Of a stretch of 64,000 nucleotides of DNA, positions 54,711-64,000 are shown piece by piece. The DNA comes from Octopus sinensis (lineage: Eukaryota). The notes under the pieces were generated by a model that was not told the origin of the DNA, did no database searches, and was given only the letters and a program-made list of their open reading frames with translations. Each line of letters begins with the position of its first letter. Within the stretch, counting starts at the first letter, position 1. The stretch is taken from positions 80,662,001 through 80,726,000 of the forward strand of contig NC_043001.1 in the NCBI RefSeq assembly GCF_006345805.1. The letters are read 5' to 3'. The position numbers and the translations under genes are program-made.

Positions 54711-55085
54711 AACCTGGGAGAGACAAATATACACGAGGCGTCTGTATCGATGCCTACGGAATATCTGTCTTAAAATTTTCAAGACTGACGTATTCCGCGC
54801 CAAACTTATCAGCATAAATATAAACTGCCGATTCAATCTCAGAATTATTCAGAAAATTATCAATTAGTCAATTTAGGGTAGCAAAAAAAATTCAATAGAA
54901 ATTTATCGCTACCAGCGGCCTGGTGGAAAAGAGAAAATAGTCATCGACTAAATATATAAATATAACAATTTAGGAGTGACCCTAACGGGTCATTTGGCGC
55001 GAATACGTCAGTCTTGAAAATTTTAAGACAGATATTCCGTAGGCATCGATACAGACGCCTCGTGTATATTTGTCTCTCCCAGGTT

Positions 55086-55183
55086 TTTTACTAATGAAGT
55101 GTAACCTATGGTAGATTAGCTTAATTTAATTTAATTAAGCTAATTTAATCATTAATGACACAGAAACGTTGCAACGTCTAAAA
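55086..55183 (+). ncRNA. Type I hammerhead ribozyme, copy 2 (core reads CTAATGA)
   Basis: TTTTA-CTAATGA-A-GTGT...ACAC-A-GAAA-CGTTGCAAC-GTC-TAAAA; the G5A change is inactivating or a sequencing error. Confidence 0.65.
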
Positions 55184-55561
55184 GATGAATTAGGGTAAAT
55201 GTTTTTAAATTTTCACCTAATTTCTGAATTACTACTACTTGGCGGTGTGAGTTATGGCTGCTCTTTCTGGTGGACGAATGACCCGTTAGGGTCACTCCTA
55301 AATTGTATATTTATATATTTAGTCGATGACTATTTTCTCTTTTCCACCACCAGGCGCTGGTAGCGATAAATTTCTATTGAATTTTTTTTGCTACCCTAAA
55401 TTGACTAATATAATTTTCTGAATAATTCTGAGATTGAATCGGCAGTTTATATTTACTGCTATAAGTTTGTGGCGCGAATACGTCAGTCTTGAAAATTTTA
55501 AGACAGATATTCCGTAGGCATCGATACAGACGCCTCGTGTATATTTGTCTCTCCCCGGTTT

Positions 55562-55658
55562 TTTTACTGATGAAGTGTAACCTATGGGAGATTAGCTTAA
55601 TTTAATTAATTAAGCTAATTTAATCATTAATGACACAGAAACGTTGCAACGTCTAAAA
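55562..55658 (+). ncRNA. Type I hammerhead ribozyme, copy 3
   Basis: TTTTA-CTGATGA-A-GTGT...ACAC-A-GAAA-CGTTGCAAC-GTC-TAAAA; helix III is the perfect palindrome ACGTTGCAACGT. Confidence 0.82.
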
Positions 55659-55877
55659 GATGAATTAGGGTAAATGTTTTTAAATTTTCACCTAATTTCT
55701 GAATTACTACTACTTGGCGGTGTGAGTTATGGCTGCTCTTTCTGGTGGACGAATGACCCGTTAGGGTCACTCCTAAATTGTTATATTTATATATTTAGTC
55801 GATGACTATTTTCTCTTTTCCACCAGGCCGCTGGTAGCGATAAATTTCTATTGAATTTTTTTTTGCTACCCTAAATT

Positions 55878-55917
<40 letters not shown>

Positions 55918-55920
<3 letters not shown>

Positions 55921-56214
55921 CATGCATCTACTTGTATTTCATTCTTTTGTAATCATAATATATAATGATACTCATGATACTAAGTGGAAATGTGAACCAA
56001 ACAATATCTTTTTAATGACTACAGTGACACAGCTTCGATAGACTTCAGTAGCTCCGGTTTCGGTCTTACTCAGAAACACTTACTCCTTTACTTGTTCCAG
56101 TCATTTGACTGTGGCCATGCTGGAGCACCGCCTTTAATCGATCAATTCGACTTCAGGACTTATTCTTTGTAAGCCTGGTACTTATTCTATCGGTCTCTTT
56201 TGCCGAACCGTTAG
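55918..56214 (+). repeat. Duplicated block A (copy 1; unique DNA plus SINE B tail)
   Basis: Nearly identical to 57070-57366. Confidence 0.95.
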
Positions 56215-56762
56215 TGATGGTGGTAGAATATCACGCAATAGGTAAAGAGCCGGAAGAAATGCCACGGAGTATTTTGTCCGGCACCAAGAAATTACATGAG
56301 AGAAGATAAGTCGATTACATCGAATTCAGTGTTAAACTGGTACATATTTATCGACCCTCACAAGAGTGAAAGACGAAACTGACTTCGGCAAAATTTGAAC
56401 TCAAGAACGTAGAAACGGACGAAATACCGCCAAGCACTTACCCGACGTGCTAACGATTTTGCCAGCTCGCCACCTTAGTCACTGAGACTAATGATCAGAA
56501 AACAAGTGAAGTAGAACCAGCGCTTGTGTTTATTATTAGAATAATGACGCCCACCTCGCAACGTACAATAAAATATGTTTCATCATAGAGGTTCACATCA
56601 AAAATTTAGCAAACCAAATACAACTTACTAATCCTTTAATCCTCGTAAAATATTATATTTAGTTGTGTGTTCTGTTGAATTTGGTGGCAAAGAAATGTGA
56701 TCTCTGAAATCATGAGTTGTGATGAAAACAATTCCATCGAGATGAGGTCATTGTTGCCATTA
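56212..56762 (+). repeat. Duplicated block C (copy 2)
   Basis: Matches 52123-52672. Confidence 0.95.
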
Positions 56763-56797
<35 letters not shown>

Positions 56798-56822
56798 CAC
56801 ACACACACACACATATAATATA

Positions 56823-56854
<32 letters not shown>

Positions 56855-56883
56855 CATATATATATAATACATATATATATAAC

Positions 56884-56931
<48 letters not shown>

Positions 56932-56959
56932 CATATATATATAATACACACACCCACAT

Positions 56960-57004
<45 letters not shown>

Positions 57005-57017
57005 CATATATATATAT

Positions 57018-57066
<49 letters not shown>

Positions 57067-57069
57067 ATG

Positions 57070-57366
57070 GTTCATGCATCTACTTGTATTTCATTCTTTT
57101 GTAATCATAATATATAATGATACTCATGATACTAAGTGGAAATGTGAACCAAACAATATCTTTTTAATGACTACAGTGACACAGCTTCGATAGACTTGAG
57201 TAGCTCCGGTTTCGGTCTTACTCAGAAACACTTATTCCTTTACTTGTTCCAGTCATTTGACTGTGGCCATGCTGGAGCACCGCCTTTAATCGAGCAACAC
57301 GACCCCAGGACTTATTCTTTGTAAGCCTGGTACTTATTCTATCGGTCTCTTTTGCCGAACCGTTAG
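57070..57366 (+). repeat. Duplicated block A (copy 2; SINE continues to ~57420)
   Basis: Matches 55918-56214. Confidence 0.95.
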
Positions 57367-58750
57367 GTTACGGGGACATAAGAACACCAGCATCGGTTGT
57401 CAAGCGATGTTGGAGGACAAACACAGACACACAAACATACACACACACACGTACATATATATATATATATGAATTTATCTGTAAAATAATATGTGACAAT
57501 TATTCAATAGCCAAGATGTATTGTTCTATTGAATAATTGATCACATATTATTTTACAGATAAATTCCTCTATTTACATAATATTGAGGTATCTTTCTTTC
57601 TTTTGTTATCTTACTGTTTTTACCAATATATATAAATATATATATGCATATATACGACGGGCTTCTTTCAGTTTCCGTCTACCAAATCCCCTCACAAGGC
57701 TTTGGTCAGACACTTGCACAAGGTGCCACGCAGTGGGATTGAACCCGGAACTATGTGGTTGGGAAGCAAGCTACTTACCACACACATGTGTGTGTGTGCG
57801 CGTGCACGCGATCCTATATGTACCTTCCATCTATTACCTTTTACTAGTTTCAGTCATTTGGACAGCGACTATGCTGGGAGCATCACACTGAAGAGTTCAA
57901 TCAAACAAATTGTTCCCAGTGAATTTTTCTTTTTTATTATTATTAAAGTCTGGTACTTATCCTGTCTCTTTTGCCGATGGACTATGTTACGGGGACCTAA
58001 ACAGACCAACACCGGTTTCCAAGTGTTCCAGGTGGAAATAAATAAGAACACAAACGCATATACTCACAAACACACATATATATAAACATGCATACATACA
58101 CACGCACGCAAGCACGTCCACACGTACACACACACGCACACACAGATATATAGATATATCTATATAAATATAAGTTCAGGATAACTTGTTTCATAAGTGT
58201 TAACGCACGAAACTATCGATCCTTCAGGCACATTGTTGTTTCTGCTAAATATTAATGTGTGTGTGTGTATGTGTGTGTGTGTGTGTGTGTGTGTTAAATA
58301 AAATGAGACATCAAAACCAAGGTTGTGTGGAATTTTCTGGACATTCATAAAGAGAAAGTTAGTCTTACAGCTGTTTCAGGGATATCAAGGTAATCCTTTT
58401 ATGAGAGGCGATGTGAGATGTTAAATAACGTGTGTGTTTGTGTATGAGTGTAAGTGAGTGCGTGTGCGCGTGCGGTTATGTGTGTGTGTATGCGTGCATG
58501 TGTGTATGCATGTGTGTGTATGTGTATCAAAGAGTGAGTGAGAAAACGAAAGAAAGTAGCACTCAACACATTTCATTGAATGCGTTTGATAGCAGTTCGA
58601 CTCACCTCCACACTACTTAAAATCTCGTGGGTATAGGACACGGTCCTCTCGTCAGATGTTCAATGAACATATGTGTATGTGTGTAAATATATATAATATA
58701 TATGTGCGTGTATGGATATATATATATATATACTTATATATACGTGTATA

Positions 58751-59749
58751 TAGAGGTTGGAGTGAATAAATTGTCGTCTAAATTACGCAAAAATGGAAAT
58801 AACACTGACATCTCATTTTAACATATATATTTACTAAAATTTCATAAAAATATCTTGATATACTAAACAATAGATTTATTCAATGAAATCGCTATTGTCT
58901 ACGACCATGGCCTGCAGACAACTTCGGAATCTCCCGCAACTCTTCTGGACAGTTTCCTCGTTTAAGTTGGTGAATGCTGCCATAATCTCTGCTTTCAATT
59001 CATCTTTGGTATTACAATGAACTTTGTTTGCCTCTCGCTCAACTGTGATCCACACAAAATAATCAAGCGGTTTGCAGTCTGGTGAGTTATGTGGCCAGAT
59101 GTTAGGAGTGGTGTGGTCACAGAAATTGTCTGACAGCCACGACTTGGTTCTCCTACATGTGTGGCATGCTGCAAAGTCCTTTTGCCTGACATAGGGCCTT
59201 CTAGCGGCCACCCTCTTGACCCAGGGCAACACTAGATCCTCCAGGCACTTGATATTGGCCTCCCTGTTGAGTTTGAGGCCGTATGGTTAGACGAATGGAG
59301 GCATAATGTCGTCATCACTAGTGATCACTCCAAACACTATGATGTCGACTGGATGTTTGCTTTTTATCACTCTTGGTACATGTTTTGGGGAAAGCCAACG
59401 GTTGTTCTCTGAGCTCACCATGTAATCTTGGCAGAAAATGTTCACGCCTGAGAAAAATCAAAGCATATTCGGTTGGAGGAAATGCTTAGTTTGTTCAAAA
59501 GCTTCGTAGCGCAGGATTTCCTCTTGTCCTTGATGGCTTGGGATAAAAATTGACCCTTTCTCATCTTGTATGAGGAATACTGAAAGTCTTCATGCACTAC
59601 CTGCCTGATAAGAAACTCAAACACTCCCATGTCCCTAGCGATGGACCTAAATGACTTGGAGGGATCGTTGTCAATAATAGCCTGGATCTAACCAACAAAT
59701 TCAGGAGTTCTTTTCTTATCAGAACCATCAGAGTGAGTTTTCCGTAATC
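58751..59749 (-). mobile_element. DD37D (maT-type) Tc1/mariner transposon, decayed
   Basis: In ORF 58876-59232, QKD is followed by exactly 37 residues and then D (WPHNSPDCKPLDY). Upstream HTH remnant DPSKSFRSIARDMGV; one TIR-like end near 58751. Confidence 0.88.
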
Positions 59750-60901
59750 AGCAATCTTCAGCTGCACAAAGAGATAGAATTAAATTAAATTAGAACAGAT
59801 GGACACATTAGTATAATTATACCTAAAATCTCCAAGAAGTTAAGAAGATAGACAAAGAACATGCTGTCTCCACTCCAGCAGAGATGTTACTAAGTTATCA
59901 AGAAGATATACATTGTTAGAGACTCTGCCTTCACTGATTTTGTTTTGTTTTTATGGGGTCAGTTTTAATTTATAGACTAGTTTATCAAATTCTTGTATAT
60001 CTAAGGCTGAGAGAACAGAGGGCAGTACCTGTAGGGGTAGGGCTGAGGGATCAGACAGACATCATAGTTGGTATAGTCATAAAAATCAAGATTTATCAGG
60101 AGATTTGGTAAAGGAAAACTTAAAACAAGATGTTAGCTGACAATTAAGGAGGTCGCCCACTAGCAGACTAATGATAATAAAACAGGGAAGTCTTATCATG
60201 TAGTACTATAGTTAAATATTTTAAACAATGTTGCTATATTGTATATAGTTAAAGTTTAGGATTATTAAGAAGAATATTATAACAAAAGGTTAGAAATTTA
60301 TGAATACTTTTGAGTATATCCCAAACTTTTACCACAATAGAGGGAGGAAAAGAAATTATCCAGAAATAGTTTAATATTTATACATATTGTACACTTAAAT
60401 ACTAACTCATCAGATGGTATCTGTGAATATTAATTGGCACAAACTGGTATTAATAAAGGAATATTGAGGTAAAGGAACATGCTAATTATATTTTAATAAA
60501 ATTATAATCTAAGCAGTTTTTTATAAGTAGTGAATATACCAGTATAGTTTTATATAAGCTAATTATGAATTTATAGAGATACAAAAATTAGATTAATTTT
60601 ATAAATGAATAAAGGCTAATTATAAAACAATAAAGAAATAAAATAAAATAATCAAGTAGGGCACAACACCATAGAAAAGGAATAAAATAGCTTAATTACT
60701 AATACTATGGTAAAGTTATATGTAGCTTATTAACACCAATAGGGAAGATTTATAGAAAAAGTATAATAATTCAAAATACATTAGACTAAAAATTATATAT
60801 TTACTTATTTAGCTAATACCAATAAAAGACTGATGTCTGGTATCAGCTACAGGGATATTTATGTAATTAAATTCTATGTCTTTGTGCAGCCGAGGATTGC
60901 T
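59750..60901. mobile_element. Unclassified ~1.15-kb element with ~38-bp terminal inverted repeats
   Basis: AGCAATCTTCAGCTGCACAAAGAGATAGAATTAAATTA vs TAATTAAATTCTATGTCTTTGTGCAGCCGAGGATTGCT. Confidence 0.7.
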
Positions 60902-61012
60902 CTGCATTTTAAATTGATGTAATGATTGCATTGCTCAATTAAATGGAGTTGCATGAAACGATCGTACTGCATAACCTTTGGGTATCCCTGTTGCTATTTT
61001 GATATATACATA

Positions 61013-61043
<31 letters not shown>

Positions 61044-61077
61044 ATATTATATATATATATTATATATATATATACAC

Positions 61078-61110
<33 letters not shown>

Positions 61111-61119
61111 TATATAGTT

Positions 61120-61590
61120 GCGTATGTATGTATGTATGTATATATGTGTATGTATGCTTTATGTATGTATGTGTATGTGCAGATTTGTATGTTTTGTTTT
61201 ATGTATGTATTCTTATGCATGTAATTGCACATCTAGACATTTAAATACACATTTGGAAAGTTGTACAGATATTTACAGTTCCGGTGATGGATTGGAGCTG
61301 TAGTCTTCGAATTAGCTTTCTCCTTTCTGGATTTGAAAAGCCTAATTTCTCAAGATTGGTATTTAGGCGGTGTGTTACATATCCCAAGGCTCCAATAATT
61401 ACAGGTATAAATCTGAACTTCTAATCTGGATAGAGTAACTGCAGATTTCTCAGTAGTTCAGCGTAGACATTCTCTTTTTCACTGATCTTCAGCTTTATGT
61501 TAACATCCGCAGGGCAGCTAATTTCCACAACTGCGCACAGTTTCTCTTCTCTATCCCAAATCATTATATCAGGTTATGTATGTATGTATC
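61120..61590 (-). mobile_element. 3' fragment of an RLE-type LINE inside (TACA)n
   Basis: PDIMIWDREEKLCAVVEISCPADVNIKLKISEKENVYAELLRNLQLLYPD; (TATG)n at both ends. Confidence 0.87.
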
Positions 61591-62239
61591 GTTAGCAAAT
61601 AGTAAACTACGAGCGGAATGCATACTCAGTTATCACCTTTCACACTACCTGATTTATTAATTTTCTGCAAAATATAAGGAGAATGTCGTAAAGTGCGCAC
61701 TGTAGAGTTTGTTCCTTATCTGTGGATTGCACGTATATACTTATATTATTTCTTAACGGTCACAGTGTTGTTGTTTTTTTCCGGTTAATAACGGTGCTAT
61801 TGCATCGAGTTCCCACTTGTGTGTTCTTTAGGTGGGTGTTAGGTCGCGACATATTGTTACTATAGCCCTTAAACCAGTTGACTGCAAGTAACTCGTTGTA
61901 ATAGGGGGTCGTGACATCAAAAATGACTTCAATCGAGAATAAATTCGAAATCCTCTGACTGATATGCTTTACGAAGTTTTATTAAAGACTATAGGCGGGC
62001 GGCAAGAGGCTGTTAGTATAAGACAGCCTCTCATTAGGCTTGCAATAGCGTTTGCATAAACCGGTGTCCAAATCGAGCATAACATCTAAAAACATTAGCT
62101 ATGATAAGGTTGGTGTCCATGGTAACATTAAGAAGTGTATGAATCAGGTCTTTTTAAGTGGTATATAGAGAGGAAGAGCCAAAGGCGAAGGCGGGGGGAG
62201 ACAGGCAGGCTGGCAGAAAGAGAGACAATCTGATAAAGT

Positions 62240-62368
<129 letters not shown>

Positions 62369-62371
62369 GTC

Positions 62372-62471
62372 NNNNNNNNNNNNNNNNNNNNNNNNNNNNN
62401 NNNNNNNNNNNNNNNNNNNNNNNNNNNNNNNNNNNNNNNNNNNNNNNNNNNNNNNNNNNNNNNNNNNNNNN
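62372..62471. other. Assembly gap (100 N)
   Basis: Direct reading. Confidence 1.
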
Positions 62472-62520
62472 CACTCACGTGCGCATATATGTATGTATGT
62501 GTGTGTAATATATATATATA

Positions 62521-62567
<47 letters not shown>

Positions 62568-62639
62568 GCACATACACACGCAACATATATATAGTGAGTG
62601 TTGAGAATGAAAAATAAGTGTGATATGCATATCCACGGA

Positions 62640-63000
62640 GAAATGCTCAGATGAATGAGAACTCAAATTCCAACTCCTTCGTCCCATGAAGTTCCAAGGT
62701 TCGATTCCACCGCATGAAATGTTGAACAACTGTCATCTTTTATAACATCGAGTTGACTCATATCTAATGATTGAAATGGGATGGATAGAAACTGGATAGA
62801 AACTGGTCGGGTAGATTGTATCTGTAATCCAAGAAGTACAGCCTTGTCACAACGCATTGTGTCATGCTGATTCTACCTAAGTAATAAGGTTAAGAGTACA
62901 GGTGCCTATGGAGTACTCAGCCACTTATATGTTAATTCAAGAAGTGATAATCTAGTTGTTCGAACAACTGAATCATCGTCGTCAAACGACGGAGATCCAC
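62640..63000 (+). mobile_element. Degraded tRNA-derived SINE-like element (fourth family)
   Basis: B-box-like ggttcgattcc at ~62698 and a SINE-like body. Confidence 0.45.
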
Positions 63001-63336
63001 CATCACCACTGTTATATCTATCAAATCAATTCAAGATACCCCTACTTTGTAAATGTCTGAAATTATGCCAAGCATTGTTATTTGTAGGTGAAAAATATTT
63101 TATATCATCGATACCATTTTCTCTTTCCTCCTTAGATAAAAAGGCAAAAAGAAACGAAAACGTCTTCTGCATTTTTATTAAAGACTACACCAGATCACGA
63201 GATCACGTGTAGCTCTTTTCCCTAAGGGATTCATTAGACTCAATAAGCAACGGAACTCGCCATTTTTGCAGTTTTTCGCATTCTCTTTTACAAGTTTACT
63301 TCTTTCAATCATTGGACTGCCATGAAATGTTTATTC

Positions 63337-63463
63337 CAGTCATGGGCAAACTGCGATCCGCGAAACGTCCTGAATGACACCCTTAACGAAATATTGCCCT
63401 CAAAATTTTTCCAATAGCCATGACTCATGCGGCCCTGCTTCTCGAAAAAGGTTGCTCAGGCCT
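63337..63463 (+). mobile_element. Small degraded hAT-like MITE
   Basis: CAGTCATGGGCAAACT start and aaaaaggttgctcaggcct end; TSD not clear. Confidence 0.4.
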
Positions 63464-64000
63464 TATTTAGTGCATTTAATTCATCCCAGCAGCTTCTTTT
63501 TTAAAACTATCTTTAAAGTCTGGTACTTATTCTCTTTTGCCGAACTGCTGGGTGACGGGGATGCAAATAAGCCAACACCAGTTGTCAAGCGATGGTAGTG
63601 GGGAACATACACAGGTGCACACAAAGTCGTTATTACCGGCAGAAGCAGTATTAGTTCAAATTAGCATTCTGTATATTATACTTAACGCAAATATAATGGA
63701 GAAAGTCTGGTGAGTGAGGTATTCGCCTCCAGAAAGCATCTTGTATAGAATCATAATATCAAAAAATGCAGAAATATATCCTCTTTTACCGAAGTGCTGA
63801 GTGACGGGGACGTAAATAAACACCAGTTGTCAAGCGATGGTGGTGAGGAATACACACCCGCACGCGCGCGGACGCAGACACAGAGTCGTTATCACCGACG
63901 GAAGCAGTATTAGCGTCGGCTCCGTATCGATTAGCAGTATTAGCATTCTATATGTTATACTTAGTGCAGAGATACTACAGAAATTCTAGTGAGTGTGGTA

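Larger units (their letters stand above)
54490..55882. mobile_element. Retrozyme-like array: ~475-nt HHR-containing unit, ~1.06 copies inverted plus ~1.87 copies tandem, inside (TA)n
   Basis: Unit repeats at 54490/54966 and at 54996/55471; HHR cleavage sites at 55178 and 55653 are 475 nt apart; (TA)n on both sides. Confidence 0.8.

Noticed and set aside
60345-60420. CTGATGAG plus hairpin on the minus strand
   Set aside because: Helix II-like pairing is present, but GAAA and helix III are missing; could be chance in AT-rich DNA.
59780-60860. Possible mitochondrial insertion (AT-rich, strand-skewed)
   Set aside because: No recognisable mitochondrial gene or rRNA motifs; the paired TIRs explain it better as a transposon.

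Overview
Repeat-saturated eukaryotic DNA, most likely an octopus (cephalopod) intron or intergenic region. This is inferred from the tRNA-derived SINE families and the very high microsatellite load. There is a 100-N scaffold gap at 62372-62471. No intact host protein-coding gene is recognisable, and most ORFs in the track are microsatellite translations. Coding remnants all belong to mobile elements: Neptune-like Penelope (RT + GIY-YIG), several restriction-like-endonuclease (R4/Dong-type) LINEs, CR1-type LINEs, and hAT, pogo, mariner and DD37D transposons. The most striking signal is an unusual density of hammerhead-ribozyme (HHR) motifs in non-coding elements inserted in (TA)n tracts. These include (i) a ~475-nt HHR-bearing unit in a tandem-plus-inverted array at 54490-55882 (retrozyme/circRNA-like), next to an apparent empty-site copy of the same locus; (ii) a fully canonical HHR at 26780-26850; and (iii) four copies of a minimal HHR with a consistent A6U core variant in the 3' repeat of a Penelope element. 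Different retroelement families also appear to partition microsatellite targets: (TA)n, (AAT)n and (TACA)n. All motif calls were read by eye; no folding, alignment or database search was run.
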